Assembly: GCA_963798485.1 (NCBI GenBank)
Contig: CAWCTR010000014.1
Span: forward strand, 160,001 to 224,000
Direction: 5' to 3'
DNA: 64,000 nt
Origin: an uncultured delta proteobacterium
GTDB lineage: Bacteria > Desulfobacterota > Desulfomonilia > UBA1062
Below the pieces are notes generated by a model. That model had not been told where the DNA came from and made no database searches. It saw only the letters and a program-made list of their open reading frames with translations. The translations under genes were made by a program, and so were the position numbers. Shown in pieces: positions 10,078 through 20,428 of the stretch. The stretch's first letter is position 1; each line of letters starts with the position of its first letter.

Positions 10078-10453
10078 TCCCGATCGTTTTGCTCAGGGAT
10101 GTAGCATGGCTGTCCCTATGATTTATCCAGCGTTGTCTCAGGCTCCTACAGGTGGCCGCTTTCATCGGAACACTGGCCGTTTTGAATCATATTCACTGGC
10201 CGCTTTGCGTCATAATGGTGGCCGCTTTGGATCGGAATACGCAGATGCATTAAGGCTTTCTCAATCGTGATGTAACGATGATATATGGATTGTATATGTA
10301 TAGTAAAGAAGCATGATGGCTATCGCCTAAACCCCTATTCCTCAAGTATGAAATTGTATCCCGAAGATAGTTACATCTTGAAGTAGAGCTATGCTGAGTA
10401 GGCGAAATGCTCGAAGAGGGTATGTGGATATTCTTTGGTTAGGTTTCAAGATA

Positions 10454-10969
10454 TTACATAGTTTCACCAATGGCTCGACGTACCCTCTCAGTAATATCAA
10501 TACCACCATTGAAATTTCGATAAATCGTCGATATTGTCCATACAGGCCCCCATGGCACTCCCCACCACCCCAAGAATAGTGAGAACAGAGAATATTTCAT
10601 TCCTCGATTCCATAAAGTTTCACCAAATTTGACGAAGAAAGCCGGGGAATTTCGTTTATGTGAGAAATAGAAATACGAAAAACAATACTGAAAGACGATT
10701 ATTCGAGTTCCTGCCTGCAATTGAGCCAGAATTTGCTGCCTTGGGATATCTGGAAATTTAACTTGATTTTGTAATTCCTTCCATGTCACATCTCTTTCAT
10801 AGATTATGATGTCCTTTGGTTGTATCTCTATCTTTCGTTGCTTGAGTACAACCAACAATGCTTGTTGGGCTTCTGGTATCAGGCTATTGATCTCAGTACC
10901 TAATTTTGCCAGTTCTTTATCCGACACTTTCTGGTATGTCATTTCCCAATCTTGCATAACAATCCTCAA
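10454..10969 (-). CDS. hypothetical membrane protein
   Basis: 171-aa ORF with C-terminal LGWWGVPWGP hydrophobic segment. Confidence 0.7.
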   Translation of the reverse strand: MRIVMQDWEMTYQKVSDKELAKLGTEINSLIPEAQQALLVVLKQRKIEIQPKDIIIYERDVTWKELQNQVKFPDIPRQQILAQLQAGTRIIVFQYCFSYFYFSHKRNSPAFFVKFGETLWNRGMKYSLFSLFLGWWGVPWGPVWTISTIYRNFNGGIDITERVRRAIGETM

Positions 10970-11143
10970 CTAATCTTGAAAAAGATCGCAAATCTATTGT
11001 AATGAGACAGCGATTTCACTACTATATTTCTCTGATATAATCCAGTCATACTAATCTTATGCCCTTCTTTAAAATTCAATTAGATTCCTTCATGTGTTAA
11101 ATTGTACATCCCAAAAACACCTACATCTTAAGAGAGGCGCACC

Positions 11144-11692
11144 ATGAAATACATTGCACCCAGAGTCATTCTCCTTGCCTGCTGTCTGATTATCTCGCTC
11201 ATACCTCTATCGGCCCATGCTGAGCAGTTCAAGGCAATCGGCACTATAGATGCCTACTTCTCCCCTCGTGGTGGTGCTACAGAAGCCATTGTGCAAGAGA
11301 TCAACGGGGCAAAGTCAGAGATACTTGTGCAAGCATATTCCTTCACCAGCAAGCCTATTGCCAAGGCACTCGTTGATGCACACAAGAGAGGTATCAAAAT
11401 AGAGGTGATCCTGGATAGAAGCCAACAATCTCAGAAGTATTCATCTGCTGACTTTGTAGCCCATGCTGGAATACCAACTTACATAGACTCTGCCCATGCG
11501 ATTGCTCATAACAAGATCATGGTGATAGACCGGAATACCTTGATCACGGGGTCATTCAACTTCACCAAGGCAGCAGAGGAGAACAATGCAGAGAATCTAC
11601 TGATCATGAAAGGTAACAGGCCTTTGGTGGACAGGTACATACAGAACTTCAATGAACACAAGGGGCATTCAGAGAGGTGTTTTGGTAGATAA
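11144..11692 (+). CDS. secreted PLD-superfamily (Nuc-like) nuclease
   Basis: Signal peptide; YFSP, QAYSFT, single HKD motif HNKIMVID, TGSFNFT, NAENL. Confidence 0.92.
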   Translation: MKYIAPRVILLACCLIISLIPLSAHAEQFKAIGTIDAYFSPRGGATEAIVQEINGAKSEILVQAYSFTSKPIAKALVDAHKRGIKIEVILDRSQQSQKYSSADFVAHAGIPTYIDSAHAIAHNKIMVIDRNTLITGSFNFTKAAEENNAENLLIMKGNRPLVDRYIQNFNEHKGHSERCFGR

Positions 11693-11806
11693 GATCTCAG
11701 GTGATAGCAAGAACTAAAGACTTTTTCTGAACGATATTAACTGGTACAGTGGGTGCTAAGTGTAAAATATGTGCACAATAGTTATGCATTGAAAGGGGCG
11801 GCTGTT

Positions 11807-12319
11807 ATGCAAAATAGAGTCATCTTAACATTTGGAATAATTTGCTTTTTGCTAATAGCCTTGACATTTTCAAATGCTAATGCTCAAACCAAGAAATTAT
11901 TACCCATCGGAATTTCATACGATCAGATAATGAGATATCTCGGCCAGAACTTCCCTATGGTTAAATTAGATGATGTTCGTGGTCTACCTTGTTACAGTGG
12001 AACTACATCAGATAATCATGCGTCCTTGGAAATAATAGGGGATAGGAATGATGTCTCAAAAGCATCACTTTCTATCGGTCTTCCGGATGATGCTCATGTT
12101 AGACTTGAAAACCTAGGCAAGATGATGAGGTTTATAAAGAATGTTGCACCTGAATTGGAGGATGATTCTGATTCAGACTGGTTTGGAAATGCTTTCGAGC
12201 GTGTGATTTCAACGGGTAAGAAAGAGCAAATAGTCATAGGAAACAAGTTATTAGAAATGAATTTGATGAGAGAAATTCGTATGCTCACTGTTACAATCAA
12301 GCACAAGGATTCAATTTAA
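11807..12319 (+). CDS. hypothetical secreted protein
   Basis: Signal-peptide-like N-terminus (..ANA-Q); G-rich RBS. Confidence 0.65.
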   Translation: MQNRVILTFGIICFLLIALTFSNANAQTKKLLPIGISYDQIMRYLGQNFPMVKLDDVRGLPCYSGTTSDNHASLEIIGDRNDVSKASLSIGLPDDAHVRLENLGKMMRFIKNVAPELEDDSDSDWFGNAFERVISTGKKEQIVIGNKLLEMNLMREIRMLTVTIKHKDSI

Positions 12320-12492
12320 TTCATGAACATCTTGCAAAGAGATCTATGGTGGTTGGTGATATTCAGGAAATAGAACAACGAGATGGTCAGCTAAACGTGG
12401 ATCATTCCAGCTTAATATGATATGAGTATATCAGTGTCATGACATTTCATCTGTGAGTCACCAAATTAAATATGGTCAATAGAGGAGGACAA

Positions 12493-12723
12493 ATGAAAGT
12501 CATCAGAATGGTTTTGGTAGCACTCATAATGTTCACTCTCCTTGGCTCAGCCGTCAACCTTAATCGGTTGGACTCCAACGATAGGCCTACGGGCATCCTT
12601 TGCTTTAAAACAGGAGAGCAGATATCAGGCATGAACAAGATTTGTTATTACAACTGCGCTGGTAGCGAAGCGGCAATAACTGTGGGTGCGGCTGAGTTGT
12701 GCCCGTTGTCCATCGAAAGATAG
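12493..12723 (+). CDS. small secreted Cys-rich protein
   Basis: GAGGAGG RBS; signal peptide; CFK.GE..SGMNKICYYNC...LCP, 4 Cys. Confidence 0.75.
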   Translation: MKVIRMVLVALIMFTLLGSAVNLNRLDSNDRPTGILCFKTGEQISGMNKICYYNCAGSEAAITVGAAELCPLSIER

Positions 12724-12778
12724 GAACACTTCCGTACTATGGATACAGCTTTCTGCGCTGGGTAACTGGTTCTTTCTG

Positions 12779-13006
12779 CTATGTTGTAGAACACTTCTGC
12801 CCGTTTAGGTAGGACTCTAGCAACCTAAACGCATCATCTCTGTCATGTATGCGAACCATATTCCAATTACCCTTCTCGCTTTCGGCATAGCTCTGTGCCA
12901 TAGATAGATCATCGAAATCCTTGGTCCCAATACCCGCTCTTTGTGGCGCATGGTCTGTCAATGGTGTTAGGGGTAGATTCGCTAAGTGAACCAGATATCT
13001 CTTCAT
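12779..13006 (-). CDS. hypothetical protein
   Basis: 75-aa ORF, co-directional with 13055-13414. Confidence 0.5.
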   Translation of the reverse strand: MKRYLVHLANLPLTPLTDHAPQRAGIGTKDFDDLSMAQSYAESEKGNWNMVRIHDRDDAFRLLESYLNGQKCSTT

Positions 13007-13054
13007 GGGAAAATTTCCTATGTTTATCGCCGCAGGTTAGTAACAAAGACCAGT

Positions 13055-13414
13055 TTATTCTTTCAACCGATATAGTCCCATGGTTTTATTACTCGGTGTT
13101 ATATCTGTTCCATCTCCCCATGTAATATTAAGTGATGTCGTATCAAGGAATACTATCTCGACAATATCAGATAACATTTCGGCAGCATCAGACACTACAT
13201 TTGTAGGCCCATAATATTTCCCTCCACCTAGTCCTGGGTTGCCTCGCTCATTGATAAGTCTATCTCTTGTTGCCAATGGTAATAGTTCAAGTATTTGATA
13301 AGCGGTCAGATATGAGCGACCACGCCCATTAGTGTTGATCCGCATACTTGTCAAAACATTATTTACTTCTTCCGTAATATTACTTGGCTTGAGTTTATCG
13401 GTAGGCGTAGACAT
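13055..13414 (-). CDS. hypothetical protein
   Basis: AGGAG RBS before ATG at 13414. Confidence 0.6.
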   Translation of the reverse strand: MSTPTDKLKPSNITEEVNNVLTSMRINTNGRGRSYLTAYQILELLPLATRDRLINERGNPGLGGGKYYGPTNVVSDAAEMLSDIVEIVFLDTTSLNITWGDGTDITPSNKTMGLYRLKE

Positions 13415-13808
13415 CTGAATTACTCCTAATTCATATGATTTTATGGTAGTTTTCATATCATGGAGGAAATCAAGGTGTAAGAAGATTAATATCACACTTA
13501 CATGAAACAATCCATTCAATTGATAGAACTGAGGAGGAATTAAGATAGAGGTGATCTTGGATAGATGTCAGCCGTCTCAGAGGTACTCTTCTGCGGACTA
13601 TATGCCCACAGACTATGATACCCATTTTGAAAAACCCAGTAATAGAATCAGTCTGCTTGCAAGATGCAAGGTTGTGCTACCATCATCCCACTACTCAACG
13701 ATCTTCTGTCCCATTGCAAAATTACAATCATTGCCTCTCTGCTGTCCTCCTGCTATAATTTCTGCGGTACAAGAGATAACACGCTATACGTTGGTGCATG
13801 AGAATAAG

Positions 13809-14696
13809 ATGAGAATTGATCCTATGCTGCCCACCACAAGGCGGGGAAAAGTACCATGGGAATGGGTTCCTCTTGATTTTCCCGGATTTGTACAAGAGCT
13901 TTTGCAAGTTGTCTCCCACAATAAAGACATTAACCATCTTGCCCTTTATCGTGGCCATAGAGAAAGAGACTGGTTGCTTGATTGCACGTTTGTCCGTTAC
14001 GTGAAGGAACATATCCTAGGGATTGACCCCACCTTGATCCTGAAGCGTGATTATAGACTTTCTACCTCCTATCAACGTTTGATGGGGGAGCTCTTTCTGT
14101 ATAAATTCGGAACTAGCACCGGTCCCCATGCTGATCTGCTCAAGGTAGCAGAGAAAGAGAACATCGATCCTTGGTTTGAGTATATGAAGAACATTCAGCA
14201 ATACCCCAATAAAGACCTCGGTACTCTAAGGGGGTCTTTCTTGGTTGATTGGACACAACTGCCAGAAGTCGCCACTTACTTTGCAAATGACGGTAGGAGA
14301 CTCGATTCAGAAGGGGCTGTTTGGGTAGCTGACATGTCTGCAATGGGTGCTGTACTGCACCAAGATATGCAGGTTATCGAAATTCTACGTCTTTTTGAAG
14401 ATACTTTACGCGCGGACAAGTCAATGGGTATTCCACTAATCTTCTGTCCCAGAAATCAGATTGCATGCGTACGGGCAAGGAACCAAGACGCTATCTATGT
14501 TGCTCAAATGGATTTACGATGTGACTTGGCAGAAGTTTGGAATAAGTTGAATAAGGAGCGCAAGGACACCGAGACTGTCGTCCTGAAATTGATTCTTCCA
14601 AAGGGAACCGCTGAGGAGTGCACCGGATGGCTTGACGCAAAAGGCATCCACGAAGCATTTATCTATCCTGACAGAGAAGATGGAGGCACCAGCTAA
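13809..14696 (+). CDS. FRG-domain protein
   Basis: LYRGH..DW.L, LVDWT..P.VA.YFA, GAVW, R.RNQ, C-terminal L...GI....IYPD. Confidence 0.8.
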   Translation: MRIDPMLPTTRRGKVPWEWVPLDFPGFVQELLQVVSHNKDINHLALYRGHRERDWLLDCTFVRYVKEHILGIDPTLILKRDYRLSTSYQRLMGELFLYKFGTSTGPHADLLKVAEKENIDPWFEYMKNIQQYPNKDLGTLRGSFLVDWTQLPEVATYFANDGRRLDSEGAVWVADMSAMGAVLHQDMQVIEILRLFEDTLRADKSMGIPLIFCPRNQIACVRARNQDAIYVAQMDLRCDLAEVWNKLNKERKDTETVVLKLILPKGTAEECTGWLDAKGIHEAFIYPDREDGGTS

Positions 14697-15098
14697 GTTT
14701 TGCAGGCGGATTGCCTCCGCTTTTGGCTTTCCTTCGACCGCCTAGACTATTGGAATAGCTCTGGGTATGCTGAGGGGTTAGATATTTGACCTGGATTTTT
14801 TTGAAATTTGAGTAGACTTCAGACGGGCAGACACACACATAGGGATACGTAGAAAGGAAATCTCCACTACCATCCCTTTCTACAGCGGGTACCCGGTGGG
14901 GGGTCAATCTGAGGGCCAGGAATCCTAGGAATTCCATTCTGTCTGTACGTTCTTCCCTCTTGGCAAGAGTATCATGCCAGTCCTTACGAGCCTATATTCA
15001 TCTTGTATCGTGCCTGTAGTGAGCATTCATAGTTGTAACCCTATCAAGTATACCATCCCGTTGATCACGAAGCTCCACGACCATATTTCATGATGTGA

Positions 15099-15254
15099 TT
15101 ACTTCTTGGAATGAGGTTCATGCTTCTTCAGGTAATCCCTTAGAGCATCTTCGATCATGTCATTGAGCTTCTGCTCCATGTCTACTGCCAAGTGCTTCAG
15201 CCTCTTAAGAAGGTCTCTGTCAAGCTTGGTACTGAATACGATCCGTTCAGCCAT
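15099..15254 (-). CDS. ribbon-helix-helix DNA-binding protein (51 aa, not in ORF track)
   Basis: MAERIVFSTKLDRDLLKRLKHLAVDMEQKLNDMIEDALRDYLKKH; GGAAAGGA RBS. Confidence 0.8.
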   Translation of the reverse strand: MAERIVFSTKLDRDLLKRLKHLAVDMEQKLNDMIEDALRDYLKKHEPHSKK

Positions 15255-15448
15255 GCTTATCATCCTTTCCATCATGTAATCTATAAGGCAAAAAAATGCC
15301 CCTGCCTTGCCCGTGGTGACGCTTGGGTATGGCAGGTGTTATCCCAGTATCCCTTCCCACAAGAATACAACGTGGACATCTATACGTCAAGATCTTCGAT
15401 TGACTTTCTGTCATTATTGCTGTATATCTTGATATCATGATTATGAAC

Positions 15449-15465
15449 GATAACGATCAATTATC
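15449..15465. promoter_or_regulatory. candidate recombination (res) site GATAA-N7-TTATC
   Basis: Inverted repeat immediately upstream of the Cre-like recombinase start. Confidence 0.4.
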
Positions 15466-15668
15466 CAACGTAAAAAGAGAGGGTACATCATGGAAGAAAA
15501 CATGCTGATGGAAAGGCAGAGAACAACGATTTCATGTGAAGTTGCATCAAGGTGCGTATTCCGATGAAAGCGCCCACTTATTCCGATTCAAAGTGCCCAC
15601 CTAATATGATGAAAGCGCCCACCATAATCGGAGCCGTCAGGCGACGCTGGTTTTAATTTTCATTACTC

Positions 15669-16421
15669 TTATTTTTCCTCCTGAGTAAACGTTGTTTTTT
15701 TCTTTCGCATGGAATCTTTGCCTGTCAGACGAATCCTGTGGGCATTGTGCACGAGTCTGTCAAGCAGGGCGTCGGCGATGGTCGGGTCTCCTATGGTCTC
15801 ATGCCAATGCTCCACGGGGAGCTGGCTCGTAACGATGGTGGAAGCCGTTTCATGCCGGTCATCAATCACGTCCAGGAGATCCCTCCTTTCCGGGTCGGTG
15901 AGCGCGGCCAGACCGAAGTCATCAAGGATGAGAACTGGCACTTTTGCCAGCTTTGCGGCGGTCTTGGCATAGCTCCCATCAGCCTTCGCGATTGCCAGGC
16001 TGTAGTAGAGATTCGAGCACTTCACATAGAAAGCCCCAAATCCTTCCCTACAGCCCTTCTGTGCCAGCGCGCAGGCAAGGTGGGTCTTGCCCGTGCCGGT
16101 GGGGCCGGTAATGATTATGTTGCGGCGTCTTTTTATCCATTCGCAGGAGCCAAGACTCATCATGACCGATTTATCCAGGCCCCTGGGCGTCCGGTAATCA
16201 ATATCCTCCAGAGAGGCTGCGAGCTTCAGCTTGGCGCTTTTCAGGAGGCGCTTCATCCTTTTATTTTCCTGGTAAAGATACTGGGCATCGACCAGCATGG
16301 CGAAACGCTCTTCGAAACTAAGCCCTTCCATGTCGGCCCTTTTCATCTGCTCCTTCATCCCTTCCGCCATGCCGACAAGCCTCAGGGCATAAAGTCTTTC
16401 CAGTGTCTGTTCAGTAAGCAT
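15669..16421 (-). CDS. istB: IS21 ATPase IstB
   Basis: GPTGTGKT, LILDDFG, DALLDRLVH. Confidence 0.95.
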   Translation of the reverse strand: MLTEQTLERLYALRLVGMAEGMKEQMKRADMEGLSFEERFAMLVDAQYLYQENKRMKRLLKSAKLKLAASLEDIDYRTPRGLDKSVMMSLGSCEWIKRRRNIIITGPTGTGKTHLACALAQKGCREGFGAFYVKCSNLYYSLAIAKADGSYAKTAAKLAKVPVLILDDFGLAALTDPERRDLLDVIDDRHETASTIVTSQLPVEHWHETIGDPTIADALLDRLVHNAHRIRLTGKDSMRKKKTTFTQEEK

Positions 16422-17976
16422 TATCTTCTCCTTTCGTATAGTATTGGTTGCCGCGGATGTTCTCGTGCACGACGGGAGTTGCCGGTCTTTCGGGAGGCAG
16501 TTCCAGGCCGTCCAGCTTTTTCTCGAGAATCGATTTGACGCTCTTGTACGAGTAGGCCTTCATGAGCAGGGCTCGTGCGCACGCAGCCTCAAGCCGGTCT
16601 TCTCCGTAATGCTTTTCCAACCTGATGATACCCAGGCATGACCGGAAGCCTTGCTCGGGATGGGTCTTTCTCTCCATGATCTCCTTTGCGAGCGCCCCTG
16701 TCGAAGGCCCAGTCTTTTCCGCCCATCCGATGATGCGTGAAGGGGTCCAGGCAACATAGCGCCGGTGAGACTCGGGCATATGCTCTGGGAGTGTCGTGTG
16801 CTTGAAGGGGACATACCCCTTTACATGGGCGGCCACCCGCTTGCCCTTGAAGAAGATTTCCACGGTTCTTGCGGTGATGCGGGCATCGACCAGTTCGCCC
16901 TTCAGCTGGTAAGGGACGCTGTAGTAATGGCGTTTCACCTCAACATGGTAGTCGATATTCACCCGGTGCTTTTCCCACTCGGCGTACTCGTAGAAACTCT
17001 CCGGTAGAGGCTTCATGGCTGGTTTATCAATGCTTTCGAAGAGCTCTTTTCTTGAGACCTTCATCTTCTGCAGGGGACGGTTGTTGAACTCCACGAGTTT
17101 CTCTCGGATGGCCTTGTTCAGTTCCTCTATGCTGAAGAATGTGTGGTTTCTCAAGGCAGCAATGATCCAGCGCTCGGCGATAAGCACGGCCGACTCCACC
17201 TTGGCCTTGTCGCGAGGTTTTCCGGCTCTGGCGGGGATGATGGTGGTGCCATAATGCGCCGCCATATCCTGGTAGGTGGGGTTGAGATCCGGTTCATACC
17301 GGCAGGGACGGGTGACGCCGGCCTTGAGGTTGTCCGGGACCGTGATCATGGGAACAGCGCCCAGGAATTGGAAGGCTTTGACGTGCAGACTGATCCAGGA
17401 GTAGAGGTCCTGGGAAAGCACCGCCTGTGCATAGGTGTAATTGCTGGCTCCCATGGTCGCGACAAAAAGATAGGCTGGGGTAATGGCGCCGGTCATTTCA
17501 TCGTGGATCGGGATCGTGTCGCCGGCGAAGTCGACAAAAAGCTTCTCACCCGCCTTGTAGTCTTGCCTCAGCGATACATCCAGCGTCTTAACCCAGGCCC
17601 GGTAGCGCAGGCAGAACTGGCTGTATTGGTAGCCGTCCGGGTTGTTATCCCGGTATTCATGCCAGAGGAGCTGCAGGGTCACATGCTTTTTCTTGAGCTC
17701 CGTATGAAGATAATCGAAGGAAGGCATGTTCCTTCTCTGGGCCGAGAGTGGCACGGTGGAGGGGAACAGCAGGTTCTCAAGCGATGTCTCGTCCAGTTCA
17801 TCGGGCAAGGGCCAGGATAGACCAGCTTTCCTTGCCCTTTCCAGGTACTCCCTGATCGTGGTGCGGCCAATCCCACAACTTTGTGACGCATGCCTGGGCG
17901 ACATCCCGCCACCCAGACATAAACTTAGTATTTCTTTGATCTTCCGCATGGATAACCTCACATTCGCCATCACCAC
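16411..17976 (-). CDS. istA: IS21 transposase IstA
   Basis: Close paralogue of 8512-10077. Confidence 0.95.
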   Translation of the reverse strand: MVMANVRLSMRKIKEILSLCLGGGMSPRHASQSCGIGRTTIREYLERARKAGLSWPLPDELDETSLENLLFPSTVPLSAQRRNMPSFDYLHTELKKKHVTLQLLWHEYRDNNPDGYQYSQFCLRYRAWVKTLDVSLRQDYKAGEKLFVDFAGDTIPIHDEMTGAITPAYLFVATMGASNYTYAQAVLSQDLYSWISLHVKAFQFLGAVPMITVPDNLKAGVTRPCRYEPDLNPTYQDMAAHYGTTIIPARAGKPRDKAKVESAVLIAERWIIAALRNHTFFSIEELNKAIREKLVEFNNRPLQKMKVSRKELFESIDKPAMKPLPESFYEYAEWEKHRVNIDYHVEVKRHYYSVPYQLKGELVDARITARTVEIFFKGKRVAAHVKGYVPFKHTTLPEHMPESHRRYVAWTPSRIIGWAEKTGPSTGALAKEIMERKTHPEQGFRSCLGIIRLEKHYGEDRLEAACARALLMKAYSYKSVKSILEKKLDGLELPPERPATPVVHENIRGNQYYTKGEDNAY

Positions 17977-19127
17977 TCCTTGCCGTTTTGGCTAGGCATG
18001 TAGCATGGCTCTTCATGGAATTTATCCAGCGTCGCATGAGACCCTTTTAGGTGGGCGCTTTCGTCATAACAAGTGGGCGCTTTGGATCATATTCACTGGG
18101 CGTCTTGAATCATATTCGGTGGGCGCTTTGGTCCGGAATACGCAAGGGTCAAGACCATCCTGGATGAAGGTACAGCAGATAACACCCGGAAGGCTTACAA
18201 GTCAGACATCATGTACTTTACAGCATGGTCAAGAGCGGCAGCAGGGTTCGAGATGGAATACCCTGTCCCGCTTGGCCTACTTGTGCAATTCATCACGGAT
18301 CATCTGTACGGCATGAGTGAGGCCCTTGACATGCAGCTTGTATCCATCGGCATCAAAGCAAAGACGGGAACACACAGCCTTAACACTATCTGTAGACGCA
18401 TAGCTTCTCTATCAGCAGCGCATGAAGCCATGAAGGTACACAATCCTTGCAGAGAGAAGGAAGTCTCCACCCTGCTGTCAAAAGCTCGTAAGGCAGCAGT
18501 GAAGAGAGGACAGACCCCTCGCAAGGTCAAGGCCCTTACACGTGATCTCCTGGAGGCCATTGTCCCCATGCAGACTAGTTCCCTGATTGACATACGAGAT
18601 AAAGCCCTTCTCCTGTTTGCGTTCGGCTCTGGAGGTCGCAGACGATCTGAGGTTGCACATGCAAGGGCTGAACATCTCACCAGTGTGGAAGGTGGTTACG
18701 TCTACCACATGCTGCACTCGAAGACAGACCAGGAAGGCCAGGGCTTGGACTTGCCTGTACTTGGACGGGCAGGAATCGCTCTTGAAGCATGGCTCAAGGC
18801 AAGTGGGATCTATGAGGGCTACATATTCAGGAGCATAACCAAAGGCCACAAGATAGGAACGAGCCTTACTGACATGACCGTCACAAGGATCGTAAAGAGA
18901 CGTGCTGAACTGGCTGGGCTTGATGCTTCGATGTTTGCAGCCCATTCCCTGAGAAGTGGCTTTGTCACGGAAGCAGGAAGGCAAGGCAAGTCCTTGGGTG
19001 ATACCATGGCACTAAGCGGTCATAAGACAGTAAGGGTTTGTCTGGGCTATTATCAATCGGGTTCAGTAGTGCGCAACCCAGCAGCTAACCTACTGGATTA
19101 AATAAAAACCACACAAAGGAGAATGTT

Positions 19128-19286
19128 ATGGAAAAGGGCATCACATTGACGACTAAGCAGGGTGCAGTATTATTGGATCTTCTTCAAGACCACAAGGATG
19201 ATATGGAGTTGCAGTGCTGCGAGGGAACAGAGAGATACACGAACCTTGTCACCTTGATTGATCACATCGAGAATGGCATCAACTGA
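19128..19286 (+). CDS. small hypothetical protein (52 aa, not in ORF track)
   Basis: AAGGAG RBS; MEKGITLTTKQGAVLLDLL..; followed by terminator. Confidence 0.6.
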   Translation: MEKGITLTTKQGAVLLDLLQDHKDDMELQCCEGTERYTNLVTLIDHIENGIN

Positions 19287-19318
19287 GTCTTCCTTAACAG
19301 CGAACAGGTCAGCAACCA

Positions 19319-19354
19319 GAGAGCAGAGGCATTAACCCCTTTGCTCTTTTTTTG
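19319..19354 (+). terminator. intrinsic terminator
   Basis: AGAGCAGAGG/CCTTTGCTCT stem plus T-run. Confidence 0.7.
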
Positions 19355-19544
19355 TTCACAAGGCTATTTACAGCCCGTATGAGCCCGATGGTGAGGTTTC
19401 TTTGGCAGGGTTGAGGGATTACATCATGGCAAACTATACCCACTTTCCACGACCTCAATACATGCTCTTTATTACACAGTGGCAATCGTATGCCTTGACT
19501 ATACTTCCCACTTAACGTAGACCATAGTTACACTGGAGGTCGCT

Positions 19545-19943
19545 ATGTTGAACAAGGTTAATCTATCAAGATTACAAGAGAAGTTTGGCATTCTGGTTCG
19601 TGACTATCTGCATAAGAACAACATGAACCAGTTGGAACTATCGATTAAGCTGGGGTTCCCCAACTCCAGGTTATCAGATCTGTTATCGAAGGCTGCTCAG
19701 ACATCCCAGTACAGGAAACCGTTAACAGCTTACTATCTCATATCCTTCATCGAGGGCGGTGTCATGTCAGCAGATGACATCTATGACGGACAGGGCGATG
19801 ATGATCCGAGGGAAAAAGGATTCTGGAGGGTTGCAAGGGTTCTCTCCAACACGAAGGTTAATGAACTGATTGACCAGATCCTTAAGCGTGATTACAACCT
19901 GATACCCGTATTACAAGGTATTCTTGCAAGCCTGGAGAAGTAG
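19545..19943 (+). CDS. XRE-like HTH regulator
   Basis: MNQLELSIKLGFPNSRLSDLL HTH pattern; GGAGG RBS. Confidence 0.7.
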   Translation: MLNKVNLSRLQEKFGILVRDYLHKNNMNQLELSIKLGFPNSRLSDLLSKAAQTSQYRKPLTAYYLISFIEGGVMSADDIYDGQGDDDPREKGFWRVARVLSNTKVNELIDQILKRDYNLIPVLQGILASLEK

Positions 19944-20026
19944 CCGATCAAGCCAGAGCACACCAACCATTAATAAGAACTACCACAAGGAAATTACTAC
20001 TGTGCCATTTTGCCCTCACCAGATTG

Positions 20027-20334
20027 ATTGCCAAGGTGTATGTTTAGGCCAGAAAGGAGGTCATGGCGATCATGGCAACACCATTGTAAATTATTTTCTA
20101 ATGTAGTCATTTTGTCCTTATGAAATTAATTGCCAAGGTGTATGTTTAGGCCAGAAAGGAGGTCATACATGAAAAAAGTCGTCAAGTACCGCAAGACTCG
20201 TGCTCATCGAAGGACATGCTCCCAATGGGGAGAGGACAGAAGGAGTGTTGACTATCATTGGAACCCTTTTTTTATCAGTACAATTGCCAACATGTAATTA
20301 CGCCCTTGTGAGTATTGCTTGCCAAGGTGTATGT
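20027..20334 (+). repeat. 38-bp direct repeat x2 plus a 16-bp third copy
   Basis: ATTGCCAAGGTGTATGTTTAGGCCAGAAAGGAGGTCAT at 20027-20064 and 20129-20166; TTGCCAAGGTGTATGT at 20319-20334. Confidence 0.9.
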
Positions 20335-20428
20335 CAGGGCTATGGAGAATACAAACTTAGTTGAAGCAATACGAGGCTATGGGGATTCTACAGCAAAGAC
20401 TATGCATAACTGGCAGCAGGGGAGAGAG

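Larger units (their letters stand above)
7658..10243 (-). mobile_element. IS21-family element (copy A)
   Basis: istA/istB; ends (C)GTGAATTCC...GGAATACGCA with multiple AAAGCGGCCAC repeats; DR GATG(C). Confidence 0.9.
15553..18144 (-). mobile_element. IS21-family element (copy B)
   Basis: Ends TGCGTATTCC/GGAATACGCA; AAAGCGCCCAC repeats; 3-bp DR AGG. Confidence 0.92.
15490..19101 (+). pseudogene. Cre/TnpS-like tyrosine recombinase interrupted by IS21 copy B
   Basis: Removing the IS and one AGG repeat restores the frame MEENM..CEVASR|VKTILDEGTADNTRKAYKSD..; RDKALL..GGRRRSE, SKTDQ, AHSLRSGF, GHK..Y. Confidence 0.9.

Noticed and set aside
10260-14700. Cargo genes as integron cassettes
   Set aside because: Mixed orientations, no convincing attC (RYYYAAC..GTTRRRY) pairs, and none of the recombinases looks like IntI
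14659-14937. 92-aa minus ORF / possible cos- or pac-like packaging site
   Set aside because: No recognisable protein motif and no terminase gene; resemblance too vague to support
20027-20334. 38-bp direct repeats as a CRISPR array
   Set aside because: Only two full copies, irregular spacing, not palindromic, no cas genes in the window
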